64,000 bases of DNA from positions 128,001 to 192,000 of the forward strand of contig CAVZJB010000016.1 in assembly GCA_963775425.1 (NCBI GenBank), written 5' to 3'. The notes beneath the pieces are model-generated. The model was not told the DNA's origin, did no database searches, and was given only the letters and a program-made list of their open reading frames with translations. Source of the stretch: an uncultured delta proteobacterium (GTDB lineage Bacteria > Myxococcota > UBA727 > VGSZ01). Below, one piece after another: positions 9,759 through 20,477 of this stretch (its first letter is position 1; the number at the start of each line of letters is the position of its first letter). The position numbers were made by a program, and so were the translations under genes.

Positions 9759-9865
9759 GGCTTCCTCTCTGTTCCCCCACCAAGACGCGGCTGCCGCCAA
9801 AAGGACGCAGATCGTCGGCGATCCAGGCGTCACGGGGCAAGGCGGACCCCCGTACACTGGGGACG

Positions 9866-10754
9866 ATGGCGCGCGCCAAGTCCTGGTTCCTGAGCATCGG
9901 CATCGCTGTCCACAGCGTCGCCGCGGTGGCGGCCGTCTACGAGGCGGTCAGGCTGCGGGCGAGCGGCGCGTCGTGGCTGCCGGTGGTCGCCTGGCTGTGC
10001 GCGGCGGCGGCGGCGGTCGCGTTCCCCGCGCGCATCGGCGTCTACTACGCCGTCACCACGCCGACGACGTCGCCGCGAATGCCCCTGCTGCTCGCGCTCA
10101 CCGCGGGCGCCGCGCTCGCCGCCGCCGTCACCGGCGCGCTGTCGGGCGCGTGGGCGCCCCTCGCGCCCGCCGCCCTCGGCGTCGCGGGCACGGTGACCTA
10201 CGTCTTGTGGTACTCGCGGCTGGGTCGGGCGCACCAGGTCTCGCTCGACGTGGGCCGGCCGCTGCCGGCGTTCACCGTCGAGGACGCCGCGGGCAACGCG
10301 GTCGACAGCGGCTCCTATCGCGGGGGGCCGGTGCTCTTCCTGTTCTATCGCGGCAACTGGTGCCCCCTGTGCATGGCGCAGATCCGCGAGGTGGCCAAGG
10401 CGTACGGCGAGCTCGAGCGTCGCGGCTGCCGCGTGGTGCTCGTGAGCCCGCAGCCCGCGACGCACTCCAAGGATTCTCGCGGAGAAGTTCGGCGTCAGCA
10501 TGGACTTCCTCGTCGACCCCGACGCGCGCGCCGCGCGCTCGCTCGGGATCCTCCACGAAGGCGGCTTGCCCGCCACCCTCGACGTCCTCGGCTACGACCA
10601 GGACACGGTGTTGCCCACGGCCGTCCTCGCCGACGCCGCGGGCACCATCATGTTCTCCGACCAGACCGACAACTATCGGGTCCGGCCCGAGCCCGAGACG
10701 TTCCTCGCCGCGCTGGACGCGGCGGCGCAGACGTCTCCGCCTGCGGCGGGGTGA
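9866..10754 (+). pseudogene. Membrane-anchored AhpC/TSA (peroxiredoxin-like) protein, frameshifted
   Basis: Four N-terminal hydrophobic segments, then FYRGNWCPLC. An extra T near 10474 (AAG GAT T CTC GCG) shifts the frame; the C-terminus FLVDPD..VLPTAVL..NYRVRPEP is in ORF 10500-10754. Confidence 0.8.
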
Positions 10755-10760
10755 TGTGAC

Positions 10761-11537
10761 TCAGCCCGCGGCGGGGTGCGCTCGCAGCCACAGCACACGC
10801 CGGTGATCGGCCACGAGCCCGCGGTCTTCGAAGAGCTTCACGAGGAGGGCGCCCGCGAGGAACCCGCCGATGTGTGCGAGCACGGCGACGCCGTTGGGCA
10901 CGGCCTGCTGCACGCCCGCGAGCTGCGGCAGCGCCGACACCACCTGCAGCCCGAACCAGTACAGGAGCACCAGCCACGCGGGCACGAAGAAGAAGAGCGG
11001 GAAGATGACGATGATGAGCAGCATCCGCACGCGCACGCGCGGGTAGAGCACGAGGTACGCGCCCATCACCGCCGAGATGGCGCCCGACGCGCCGACCATC
11101 GGCACCGGTGACGCCGGCCCGCCCGCGATCTGCGCCGCCGCCGCCACGAGGCCGCCGAGCAGGTAGAAGGCGAGGAAGCGGAAGCGCCCCATGCTGTCCT
11201 CGACGGTCCTGCCGAACGCCCACAGGAAGATGCCGTTGCCGAGGATGTGCAGCCAGCTGCCGTGGAGGAACATCGAGGTCAGCGGCGTGAGCACGTTGAT
11301 GGGGTCGTTGTCGACCACGCACAACAGACCCGGCGCGATGGGCACCGCGGTGCCCACCGCCGCGCGGTGGGTGATCTCGCCGGCCACCATGCCGAGATTG
11401 CACACGCTCGCCGCGAGCCGCGTGGCGTCGAGCCCCGCGCCCTGAACGAACAGCCACACCGCCAGCATCGTCACGAGCAACCCGATGGTGACCACGGGGG
11501 TGCGAAACGTCCGGTTCTCATCGCCGAGGGGAAACAT
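10761..11537 (-). CDS. Rhomboid family intramembrane serine protease
   Basis: TSMFLHGSWLHILGN, VGASGAI (catalytic Ser), AHIGGF (catalytic His). Confidence 0.93.
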   Translation of the reverse strand: MFPLGDENRTFRTPVVTIGLLVTMLAVWLFVQGAGLDATRLAASVCNLGMVAGEITHRAAVGTAVPIAPGLLCVVDNDPINVLTPLTSMFLHGSWLHILGNGIFLWAFGRTVEDSMGRFRFLAFYLLGGLVAAAAQIAGGPASPVPMVGASGAISAVMGAYLVLYPRVRVRMLLIIVIFPLFFFVPAWLVLLYWFGLQVVSALPQLAGVQQAVPNGVAVLAHIGGFLAGALLVKLFEDRGLVADHRRVLWLRAHPAAG

Positions 11538-11579
11538 CTCGGCTCGAACGCACGCAAGTCCCTTGCCAGGGCGCGGGCG

Positions 11580-13061
11580 TCAGCCGGAGGCGACGAGCGC
11601 GGCGATGAGGTCGACCCAGTGGATCACCTCGCGCAACAGGAGGAAGTGGTCGCGCACGCGCCGCCGGCCCGAGCGCGCCATGCGCTCGGCCTCCTTGACG
11701 AGGACGAGCGTCTCGGTCACCGCCGCGGCGAACGCGTCGACGTCGTCGGCGCGGTCGATGATCTTGCCGTCGACGTCGGCGCGGATCTGTTGGGCGATGC
11801 CGCCGACGTTGGTCCCCACCACCGGCACCGCCTTGTACAGGGCCTCGGTGACGGTGAGCCCGAAGCCCTCCTGGATGCTCGGCTGCACGATGACGGACGC
11901 GATGCGTTGCAGCGCGTTCACCATCAGCGCGTTCTGCTTCGCCCGCGTCATCGGCAGCCTCACGATGTGCACGCGCTCCGCCGTCGCCGGCGGCAGCGCG
12001 TCACGGCGGCGGCAGAGGTCGGCGAGCACCGCGGTGGCTTCGGGATCGTCGCTCACGCCGCTCGGGTCGGGGCCCGCGAGCACGAGCCGGCAGCGCGACA
12101 GCTCGTCAAACGCCCTCGCCGAGGACGCGCGCAGCCGGCGCGCACGCTCGGCGCCGGTGGCGACGACGGCGTCGAACGCCGCCAGCGAGCACTCGAAGCC
12201 CTTGAGCGGATCGAAGCGCGACACGTGCAGGACGATGGGCGCCGACAGCAGCGCGTCGATGGGAACGGGCGCGAAGCGGCCACCCACGTATTGCTCCGAC
12301 TGCGCCTCGAAGCGCGCCCAATCCGGCACGTCGCCGGGAGCGAGCCCCGACGCGCGCAGGATGCCCAGGAGCTTGTACGGCGACAGCGGCCGGTTCTTGT
12401 GCGACAGCGGATCGATGGTGGGTTGCATCGCCGTCGTGAGGTCCTTGTACGCGGCGGGCACGTAGCGCGCCGACGTGAACACCATGCGGGCATACGGCTC
12501 GAGCCACGGCCGAAGGAACGTCCAGGCGGCCTCGGTGCCCTCGTTTTTGAACGGCACGCCGATGTGGCAGCGCCACACCAGCCTTCGGCGCAGCGGCTCG
12601 GGCAGGAGCGCCGCGATGCCGCAGGGCTGCGGGTCATGCACGACGACGACGTCGCCGACCTCGAGGTGCTCCTTGAGCGCGCGCGCCCCCTCGCCCGACA
12701 CGCGGGCGAAGGTCGCCTGGGCGCTCGCCGCGAAGCCCTCGGGGCTGCCGCGCCCGTGCAGCAGGTGGTGGAGGCGCTTGGTGAGCGGGAAGAACGTGTC
12801 GTCATCGGGCTCGAGCACGAGCCAGCGCACGTCGAGGCCGAGCTCGCGCAGCTTGCCGCAGGTGTGCGGCAGCGTGGCGGCGACGCCGCCCCCGGTGGAC
12901 GTGGAGCTGAGCATCCAGATGCGGCTGCCGTTGAGCCTGTCGGCGAGCGCGTGCGCCTTGGCGATGAGCGGGTCGACGAGGGCGTCCTGGCCGTCGACGA
13001 GGCGATACTCCTCGAGGCGGTGGCCGGTGGCGAAGTCGACGCGGCGAAGTCGGGCTCCCAC
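11580..13061 (-). CDS. GT4 glycosyltransferase, trehalose synthase (TreT)-like
   Basis: STSTGGGVA, VHDPQP, WRCHI, VSRFDPLKG, DDPEA, EGFGLTVTEALYK, VGGIAQQI; start uncertain. Confidence 0.85.
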   Translation of the reverse strand: MGARLRRVDFATGHRLEEYRLVDGQDALVDPLIAKAHALADRLNGSRIWMLSSTSTGGGVAATLPHTCGKLRELGLDVRWLVLEPDDDTFFPLTKRLHHLLHGRGSPEGFAASAQATFARVSGEGARALKEHLEVGDVVVVHDPQPCGIAALLPEPLRRRLVWRCHIGVPFKNEGTEAAWTFLRPWLEPYARMVFTSARYVPAAYKDLTTAMQPTIDPLSHKNRPLSPYKLLGILRASGLAPGDVPDWARFEAQSEQYVGGRFAPVPIDALLSAPIVLHVSRFDPLKGFECSLAAFDAVVATGAERARRLRASSARAFDELSRCRLVLAGPDPSGVSDDPEATAVLADLCRRRDALPPATAERVHIVRLPMTRAKQNALMVNALQRIASVIVQPSIQEGFGLTVTEALYKAVPVVGTNVGGIAQQIRADVDGKIIDRADDVDAFAAAVTETLVLVKEAERMARSGRRRVRDHFLLLREVIHWVDLIAALVASG

Positions 13062-13137
13062 CCCCTGAGCCTAACCACGCACCCCCTCCCGCGCGGCATT
13101 GAACATGTGTATCGGGCGCGCACAGCCCGCCCCTCGC

Positions 13138-13644
13138 ATGCACGCCGTCTATCTGCTGTCCGTCACGCTCCACATCCTCGCCGCCATGACGTGGACCGGC
13201 GGCATGATCTTCCTCGTCGTCGTCGTCGTTCCGCTCCTGCGCCGCGGCGACCGCGCCGCCGCCGCGGCGTTCCTGCGCGAGAGCGGGACGCGCTTTCGCG
13301 CCGTCGGGTGGACCTGCTTCGCCGTCCTCCTCGTCACCGGCGCCGTGAACCTCTCGTTTCGCGGGGTCCACGCCGCCGACCTCGTGAGCGCGGCGTGGCT
13401 CGGCAGCGCGGCCGCCCGTCCCATCGTGCTCAAGCTCGCCACCTTCGCCGCCATCTTGGGCGCGAGCGCGGTGCACGACTTCGTCCTCGGCCCGCGCGCC
13501 ACCGCCGCCGTGGAGCGCGACCCTGCGTCGGCCGAGGCGGAGCGCCTGCGCCGACGCGCCTCGCTGCTCGGCCGCGTCGAGGCACTCCTCGCGCTGGTGG
13601 CCGTCGGACTCGGCGTCGTGATCGTGCGGGGCTGGCCGTGGTGA
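13138..13644 (+). CDS. CopD/DUF4149-like membrane protein
   Basis: LHILAAMTWTGGMIFL, KL, HDFVLGP; four TM segments. Confidence 0.75.
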   Translation: MHAVYLLSVTLHILAAMTWTGGMIFLVVVVVPLLRRGDRAAAAAFLRESGTRFRAVGWTCFAVLLVTGAVNLSFRGVHAADLVSAAWLGSAAARPIVLKLATFAAILGASAVHDFVLGPRATAAVERDPASAEAERLRRRASLLGRVEALLALVAVGLGVVIVRGWPW

Positions 13645-13709
13645 GCGTGTCGACCCGCGCCCGCTGCGCGCCGTGGCCGTCGTCGCGGCCGTCCGCGCCG
13701 CCGCCGGGG

Positions 13710-14327
13710 TCACTCCCCTCGCGCTGCTCTTGTGGGCGGCGCACCCGCGTCGCGGGCTGTGGGCGCGCTCTTCCCCTGCACGAGCCCCGTGAGCAGGCGC
13801 GCGTTCCCCGCGGGGTCCTGCTTCACGCCCGCCGTCTGTTCCCGGATGACGCCCTGGGCGTCGAGCACCGAGATGATGCTCGAGTGCACGAACTGGGCGC
13901 CGGCGGCGCGGAACTTCATGCCGAGCACGGCGGCGAGCTCGCGCACGTCGTCGTCGCGGCCGGTCAGGAGCGTCCAGCGCGCGAGGTCGAGGCCGTCACC
14001 CTTGGCGAGCTTCAGGAGCGCGGCGGGCGTGTCGCGCTTGGGGTCGAAGGACACGAGCACGAAGCGCACCTTGGCGCGCGTGGCCGGGTCGAGCCTGCGC
14101 TCGACCGCCTTCATGTCCTGCACGGTGAGCGGGCAGGCCGCGCGGCACGTCGTGTAGATCATGGCGACGAGGACGGGCTCGCCCGCGAGCGCCTCGAGCT
14201 TCATGGACTTCCCCGCCTGGTCCGTCCACGTGCTCTCGAGGGCGTAGATGGAGTCTCCCCCACCAGCCGAAGGGGCGAGGGCAGGGGCGGCCACGGCGCC
14301 TGCGGCGAGGGCGAGGGCGAGCATCAT
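13710..14327 (-). CDS. SCO1/SenC copper chaperone
   Basis: YTTCRAACP (CxxxC), VSFDPKRDTP, FVHS (His ligand). Confidence 0.92.
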   Translation of the reverse strand: MMLALALAAGAVAAPALAPSAGGGDSIYALESTWTDQAGKSMKLEALAGEPVLVAMIYTTCRAACPLTVQDMKAVERRLDPATRAKVRFVLVSFDPKRDTPAALLKLAKGDGLDLARWTLLTGRDDDVRELAAVLGMKFRAAGAQFVHSSIISVLDAQGVIREQTAGVKQDPAGNARLLTGLVQGKSAPTARDAGAPPTRAARGE

Positions 14328-15109
14328 GGGTGGATCTCCTTGGCGCAGCGAAACCCGAGGTTCCGCACGGTGTAGCGCGCCTTCAAGCTGCCGCGGAACG
14401 CGTAGCGCATGAAGGTCGCGTAGTCGGAAGGGTCGACGGAGCGGACGCCCGCGCTGCCGCAAAACAACTGCGAGGCGCCGCCGCGGCCCTCGTCGGAGGT
14501 CATGCTGTCGTTGAAGTCGAGCACCCACTCCCAGACGAGCGCGTGCAGGTCGTGCACACCGAAGCGGTTGGCCGCCGTGCGCCCGACGGCGGGCAGGACG
14601 TCCGGGGTGGGCGCGCCGTACCAGGTGAGGATGCGCTCCGACGTCTCCCTGGCCTCCTTTACCGACGCGCTCTCGGCCGCGCGCTCCCACTCGGCTTCGG
14701 TCGGCAGCCGCTTGTTGAGCGACCTGCAGTACGCCTTGGCCGCGAACCAGCTCACCTCTGTGACCGGCGACGTCGCGGGGTTCTTCGGGCCGGGCTCGAG
14801 GTCCGACTTCCACGAGCGCAGGTAGCCGACGTCGGCGAACAGGTGCTTGATGCGCGAGCGGCGCCACCTGGGGTGCGCCCGCACGAACGACGCGAAGGCG
14901 CCGTTGGTCACCGGCTCCGCGTCGAGCGCGAACGCCGCCACAGGGATCTCCGCGCTCTGCGGCGGCGGCTCCGGCGCGCTCGCGCTCGTCGACGACGTCT
15001 GCGCCGCGGGGATGTCCTTCAGGAACCGGCGAAACGTCCCCGCGGGCACGGCGACCATCCCGTGCGGCAGCGACCCGAGGGCCAGGCAGAAGAGGGGCGC
15101 GGCGAGCAT
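14324..15109 (-). CDS. Formylglycine-generating-enzyme family protein (NirV-like)
   Basis: PVTNGAF, PVTEVSW, RLPTEAEWE, VWEW, NLGFRCA; immediately downstream of nirK. Confidence 0.88.
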   Translation of the reverse strand: MLAAPLFCLALGSLPHGMVAVPAGTFRRFLKDIPAAQTSSTSASAPEPPPQSAEIPVAAFALDAEPVTNGAFASFVRAHPRWRRSRIKHLFADVGYLRSWKSDLEPGPKNPATSPVTEVSWFAAKAYCRSLNKRLPTEAEWERAAESASVKEARETSERILTWYGAPTPDVLPAVGRTAANRFGVHDLHALVWEWVLDFNDSMTSDEGRGGASQLFCGSAGVRSVDPSDYATFMRYAFRGSLKARYTVRNLGFRCAKEIHP

Positions 15110-15110
15110 G

Positions 15111-16574
15111 TCACTCGGCGTGGACGCTGCCGTCCTTCGCCCGGTTGGCGGCGATGTCCGCGGGCGTCACCTCGACGCCCGCGTTCCCCCAACTGTGGGA
15201 GACGAAGGTGAGCACGTTGGCCAGGTCCTCGTCGGGCAGGTGCCACGCGGGCATGACGCCGTTGAAGTCCTGCCCGTTCACCGTCACCTTGCCGCTGAGG
15301 CCCCCCGTGACGACCTTGATGGCGCGCTTGATGTCGGCGTTCAGGAAGTCGCTCTTGGCGAGCGGCGGGAACGCGTGCGGGATGCCCACGCCCGTCGCCT
15401 GGTGACACGCCATGCAGTTTTGCTGGAACACCTGCTCGCCGCGCGCGATGCGCTCCTTCAAGGTCTTGGCCGGCGGCGCCGCCGTGGACGCCAGCTCCAC
15501 GTTTCGCATGGCCGAGCCCTCGGGCAGGTACACGGTGTCGCTGATCTTGCCCGAGTAGATCTCTTTGTTCTCGGGGCCGGCGACCTTGAGCTGGGCCATG
15601 GCGCCCTTGTTGAACGCGCGCGTGATCGAGTGGTCGACCATGATGTACGTGCCCGGCGTGTTGAGCTTGACCTCGACGACGGTGGCGCCGCCCGAGGGCA
15701 CGAGCGTGGTCTGCACGTCATGGCTGACGGTGGTGCCGCCCTCGGGGCGCACGGTCTCGAAGATCTCGCCGATCATGTGGAACGAGCTCACGAGGTTGGG
15801 GCCGCCGTTTCCGACGAAGAGCCGTACGCGCTGACCGACGTCGGCCTTGAGCGCCTTGTCATCGAGCATGGAGCCGACGGAGCCGTTGAAGACCACGTAC
15901 TCGGGCTTCTCGTCGATGGCCTTCTCCATGCTGAACGATTGAAGGCCGCGCTCGCCGTACTTGCCCTTGGTGTAGAGCTCGCCCTGCATGACGTAGAACT
16001 CGTGGTCGACGGGCGCCAGCCCCTCCGGCGGCTCGACGAGGATGAGGCCGTACATGCCGTTGCCGATGTGCATGCCGATGGGAGCGACGGCGCAGTGGTA
16101 GACGAACAGCCCCGCGTTCAACGCGCGGAACGAGAACGTCGACTCGTGGCCGGGCGCCGTGAACGTGCTGGCGGCGCCGCCGCCCGGGCCGTTCACCGCG
16201 TGCATGTCGATGTTGTGCGGCATCTTGTTGTCGGGGTGGTTTTGCAGGTGGAGCTCGATGAGGTCGCCCTGCCGGACGCGGATGAACTTCCCGGGCACAT
16301 GGCCGCCGAAGGTCCAAAACGTGTAGTCGACGCCGTCGGCGAGGCGCTGCACGAGCTCCTTCACCTCGAGGTGCACGACCACCTTGGTGGGGTGCTTGCG
16401 GGTGATGGGTGGCGGGACGTTGGGGGCGTCGGTGAGGACGGCCTCCTCCTCGCCCACGATCGGTTGCTCCTCGGGCGGCACCGGTGCCGCCGCCTGCTGG
16501 GCGGGTGCCGAGGGGCACGCGCCGAGGGCCAGGGCGAACGGGACGACGGCGACGCGGAACATCTGACTCGGCAT
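15111..16574 (-). CDS. nirK: Copper-containing nitrite reductase with C-terminal cytochrome c domain
   Basis: [13 protein letters not shown]...[22 protein letters not shown] copper motifs; C-terminal CMACH heme motif; lipobox ALGAC. Confidence 0.95.
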   Translation of the reverse strand: MPSQMFRVAVVPFALALGACPSAPAQQAAAPVPPEEQPIVGEEEAVLTDAPNVPPPITRKHPTKVVVHLEVKELVQRLADGVDYTFWTFGGHVPGKFIRVRQGDLIELHLQNHPDNKMPHNIDMHAVNGPGGGAASTFTAPGHESTFSFRALNAGLFVYHCAVAPIGMHIGNGMYGLILVEPPEGLAPVDHEFYVMQGELYTKGKYGERGLQSFSMEKAIDEKPEYVVFNGSVGSMLDDKALKADVGQRVRLFVGNGGPNLVSSFHMIGEIFETVRPEGGTTVSHDVQTTLVPSGGATVVEVKLNTPGTYIMVDHSITRAFNKGAMAQLKVAGPENKEIYSGKISDTVYLPEGSAMRNVELASTAAPPAKTLKERIARGEQVFQQNCMACHQATGVGIPHAFPPLAKSDFLNADIKRAIKVVTGGLSGKVTVNGQDFNGVMPAWHLPDEDLANVLTFVSHSWGNAGVEVTPADIAANRAKDGSVHAE

Positions 16575-16676
16575 GCGCGGATCTCCTCCGAAGGCGAGGC
16601 CGGATGCTAGCCGGAATCGCTCGCGGCGACGTGAATACCGATGCCGATGCCACAGCGGCATGGGAGGGGGCGCCCT

Positions 16677-17666
16677 TCACCGCCTCGTCTGGAACAGAAG
16701 GATCATGCCGATCAAGACCGCCAGCAGCGCGGCGGAGATGGCGATCGCGATGCGCGTCGCCTTGGTGGCGCGGCCTTTCTCCCACCAACTGACGGGGTGA
16801 ATGCCTTGAACGACAAACGTGGTGACGCCCGCGAGGTTCACGCAGATCAGGTTCACGAGAAACAGCGAGAGTGCTCCCAGCGCCGCACCCGGTTGGCCGC
16901 TTCCGAGCAGCAAGCCGGACACCGCCAGTGGGGGCAGGAGCGCGACGGCCACCATCACGCCGATGAGCGCCACCGACACGCCCGTCGTGAACGCCAGCGC
17001 GCCGGCGCAGCCCGACGCCAACGCCACGGCGACTTCGCCGACGGCGACATGCGTGCGGGCGGCGAGCTCGGGCGCGGACGCGTCGACGGGGGTCACGGCG
17101 CCTGCGATCACCGACAACACCGCGACGACCGCGACCCCGGCAAGCGTCGTGCGGAACGCGCGCCACAGGAGTGACAAGTCGCCCAGCGTGGTGCCGAGCG
17201 CCAAGGCGACGCTCGGTCCGAGCAACGGTGCGATCACCATGGCGCCGATGATGACGGCGACGTTGCCGTTCTCCACGCCGACGATCGCGACGATCGTCGA
17301 GAGCAAGACCATCACGAGATAGACGCGCGTACACTCCGCCGCGCCGCGGATGTCTTCGACGAGCTCCTCTCGGCTGACCCTTGCGGGCTTGTCATTCGGC
17401 GGAGGCGCTTGCTCCGGCAGAGCGCGCGGCAGCGTCGCCTCCACGGGGAGGACCACGACTCGATTCCCGGGCGCATCGGCGAAGCGCTGTTCCAGGAGAT
17501 CGAGGACCGACTCGCTCTGCTCGGCCTCCACCAGGATGCGCACCAGCATCTGGTCGTCGGCCAATTGCACCTGGCGATGCTCGAGCACTTCGTGCTCCTT
17601 GAGGAGATCGAGGAGCGCGGCGCTGTCCTGCCCCGCCATCACGGTCTCAATCAAACGCAGCGGCAT
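16677..17666 (-). CDS. TIGR00341/DUF389 family membrane protein
   Basis: VIIGAMVIAPLLGP, VALASGCAGA, GVMVAVALLPPL. Confidence 0.9.
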   Translation of the reverse strand: MPLRLIETVMAGQDSAALLDLLKEHEVLEHRQVQLADDQMLVRILVEAEQSESVLDLLEQRFADAPGNRVVVLPVEATLPRALPEQAPPPNDKPARVSREELVEDIRGAAECTRVYLVMVLLSTIVAIVGVENGNVAVIIGAMVIAPLLGPSVALALGTTLGDLSLLWRAFRTTLAGVAVVAVLSVIAGAVTPVDASAPELAARTHVAVGEVAVALASGCAGALAFTTGVSVALIGVMVAVALLPPLAVSGLLLGSGQPGAALGALSLFLVNLICVNLAGVTTFVVQGIHPVSWWEKGRATKATRIAIAISAALLAVLIGMILLFQTRR

Positions 17667-17792
17667 GATCGCTTCTCCTCGCGGGCTTCGCTCCCGCATC
17701 GCCGCCGCGTTCACCAAGAAGCATGCCAGCGGCGAGGCGCGCACCCGCTCGTGCTCGGCGCGCGAACATCCCGCGGCTGTGCCATCGCAACC

Positions 17793-20477
17793 TCAGCTCG
17801 AATGGGATCGCGCTGCGTCGGCTTGTCGAATCTCGCCCTCCGCCTCGACCCAGTCCTCGAGGGCGTGCCCCTCTCGTTGTCCCCCGCGCTCGTAGAGCTC
17901 GTACGCGCGCTCGGCAATTCGCGGGGCCGAGTCGGAGCCGCTCTTTTGCAGGAGCGGCGCGGCCGTCGGATCGAAGATCCGGTAGGCGAGCAGCTTGATG
18001 CGATCGTTGACGAGGAACCAAACGAGCGCGTAGCCCCACACGAGGAGCGCCCATCCCCATCCGAGCGGCGTCATGAACAGCCCATAGACCGCGATGAGGG
18101 TGGCGACGGTCTGCGTGCCGAAGACCGCGCCGACGAGGAGCCACGCAGGGCGGATGGACCAGAAGGGGCCGCGGGTCCGCGTGAGGAAGATCGTCAGATG
18201 GCCCGCCACCGACAGCTTCAGGTACATCATGGTCTGGATGTGCGCGCGGTCCAGGTGAAAGACGCGCTCGGCCAGAAAGAACAAGCCGAACGCGGCGACG
18301 ACGCCGATCACGCCGAGGACCGAGGAGACCCCGAGCACCATCCGCATGTTCCAGGACTCGGGCTTGTCCTTGAAGTGCACGTTGTCGTAGGCGATCGACA
18401 AAATCGCGCCGTCGTTGAGGAGCGCGAGCATCACGATCATCACTGCGGTCAACGGGTAGAAGTTGAACGTCAAAATCGCGAGCGTCATGAAGAGCAGCAC
18501 GCGCAGCGTCTCGGCGATGCGATAGATCGCGTAGCTGTTCATGCGCTGAAAGATCTTCCGGCTCTCCTTCATGGCGTCGATGATCACCGACAAGCCCGTT
18601 GCCATGAGCACGATCGACGCTGCCGCACGCGCCGCGTCCGTCGCGCCGGAGACGGCGACGCCGCAGTCCGCCTTCTTGAGCGCCGGCGCGTCGTTCACGC
18701 CGTCCCCGGTCATGCCGACGATGTGGCCCCGCTTCTGCAGGACGTCCACGATGTGGAATTTGTGCTCCGGAAAGACCTGCGCAAAGCCATCGGCCTTCTC
18801 GATGGAGTCCGCCAACTGCGCCGTCTCGTGGTGCTTGGTGTCACCGAAGCCGCTCGCGTCGAGGATGTTCGTCGACATCCCGATCTTCGTGGCGGTCTCC
18901 CGGGCGATCGCGAGCTGGTCGCCCGTCACCATCGTCACCTTCACACCCATCTTGCGGGCCGTGGCGATCGTCGCCTTGGCTTCGTCGCGCGGGGGATCGA
19001 ACAAGGGCAGAACGCCGACGAATTGCCAGGGCCCGTCGCCGTCCGCGCGCGCAACGCCCAACGACCGGAACCCGCGCGCGGCGAAGCCGTCGACGGCCTC
19101 GTCGACGGCGGCCTTCACGGCCGCTGCGTTCGCCGACAGCGCCATGATCACCTGCGGGGCACCCTTGGTGACCTTGAGCTCCTTGCCGTCGGCGTCTCTG
19201 ACGGACGCTTCCGTTCGCTTGTGCACGGGGTCGAACGGCTGGAAGTGGGTGACCTCGAAGCTCTTGAGCAGAGCGTCGTCCTTCACGCCCCCGAGCACGG
19301 CAAGATCGATGGTGTCCTTGTTCTCGGCGCGCGACGCGAGGGCCGCGCTGAGGAGGACTTGATCCGCCGGGACGTCGTCGACGCAGAACGGATCGCCGAG
19401 CGTGAGCTTGTTCTGGGTCAGCGTGCCGGTCTTGTCGGCGCACAACACGTCGACGCCGGCGAGCTCCTCGATCGCTGCCAGGCGCGTGACGATGGCCTCC
19501 TTCTTGGCGAGCAGGCGCGCGCCCACGGCCATGGTCACGGACAACACGGTGGGCATCGCCACGGGGATCGCGGCCACCGTCAGAACCAAGGCGAACTGCA
19601 GCGTGGTCAGGATCGGGTCGCCGCGGAAGATGGCGACCCCGATGATCACCGCGACCAGAGTCGCCGCGAGGACGATCAGGTAATTCCCGATCTTCAAGAC
19701 CGCGCGTTGAAAGTGGCTCGCGGTTCGCGCTCCTTGCACCAGCTCGGCAGTCTTGCCGAAGTACGTGTTGGAGCCTGTGGCATAGATGACGGCATCGGCC
19801 TCACCCTGGCGAATGATCGAACCGGAGAACACGGCGTCGGCGACCTTGCGCGAGACGGGCAGCGACTCCCCGGTCAAGGCCGACTGATCGACCTCGAGCG
19901 GGTCGCCCGAGAGCAAGCGCGCATCGGCCGGCACGATGTCCCCGAGGCGAACGCGGATGACGTCGCCCGGCACGACGTCACGTGCCTCGGGGTCCGTCCA
20001 CTCTCCATCGCGCTTCACGCGGGCTTTGACCGCCAGCTTCGCTTTCAGCGCGGCGATGGCGTTGCCGGCTTGATGTTCTTCCCAGAAGCCGACGACGGCG
20101 TTGGCCAGGAGCAAAGCCAGGATGATGCCGAAGTCCGGCCAATGGCGGGCGACGGCCGACAAGACGACCGCTGCCTCGATCATCCATGGGATCGGGCCCC
20201 ACAAGTACGTCAAGAACTTGAGGAAGGGGTTGGTCTTCTTGTCCTCGATCGCGTTCGGCCCTACGTCGGCGAGCCGCTTTTGCGCCTCGGCCTCGCTCAG
20301 CCCATCAGCCGACGACTCGAGCTTCTTCAGAAGCTCCGGCATCGGGAGCGACTTCAGCGCGTCGTTGGCCGACCTGTCGACGGGCACACTCCCATGAGCC
20401 TTCTTGGCCTTCGGCTGTCTCTTCGCGTGTCTCGGCAGGGCGGGGATCTTCGGCATCTGCTGGGTCGTGCTCGTCAT
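17793..20477 (-). CDS. Plasma-membrane proton-efflux P-type ATPase (type IIIA) with C-terminal DUF2934-like domain
   Basis: WGPIPWMIE, DQSALTGESLPV, IPVAMP, DKTGTLT, KGAPQV, DPPR, TGDGVNDAPALK, ALLNDG. Confidence 0.93.
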   Translation of the reverse strand: MTSTTQQMPKIPALPRHAKRQPKAKKAHGSVPVDRSANDALKSLPMPELLKKLESSADGLSEAEAQKRLADVGPNAIEDKKTNPFLKFLTYLWGPIPWMIEAAVVLSAVARHWPDFGIILALLLANAVVGFWEEHQAGNAIAALKAKLAVKARVKRDGEWTDPEARDVVPGDVIRVRLGDIVPADARLLSGDPLEVDQSALTGESLPVSRKVADAVFSGSIIRQGEADAVIYATGSNTYFGKTAELVQGARTASHFQRAVLKIGNYLIVLAATLVAVIIGVAIFRGDPILTTLQFALVLTVAAIPVAMPTVLSVTMAVGARLLAKKEAIVTRLAAIEELAGVDVLCADKTGTLTQNKLTLGDPFCVDDVPADQVLLSAALASRAENKDTIDLAVLGGVKDDALLKSFEVTHFQPFDPVHKRTEASVRDADGKELKVTKGAPQVIMALSANAAAVKAAVDEAVDGFAARGFRSLGVARADGDGPWQFVGVLPLFDPPRDEAKATIATARKMGVKVTMVTGDQLAIARETATKIGMSTNILDASGFGDTKHHETAQLADSIEKADGFAQVFPEHKFHIVDVLQKRGHIVGMTGDGVNDAPALKKADCGVAVSGATDAARAAASIVLMATGLSVIIDAMKESRKIFQRMNSYAIYRIAETLRVLLFMTLAILTFNFYPLTAVMIVMLALLNDGAILSIAYDNVHFKDKPESWNMRMVLGVSSVLGVIGVVAAFGLFFLAERVFHLDRAHIQTMMYLKLSVAGHLTIFLTRTRGPFWSIRPAWLLVGAVFGTQTVATLIAVYGLFMTPLGWGWALLVWGYALVWFLVNDRIKLLAYRIFDPTAAPLLQKSGSDSAPRIAERAYELYERGGQREGHALEDWVEAEGEIRQADAARSHSS

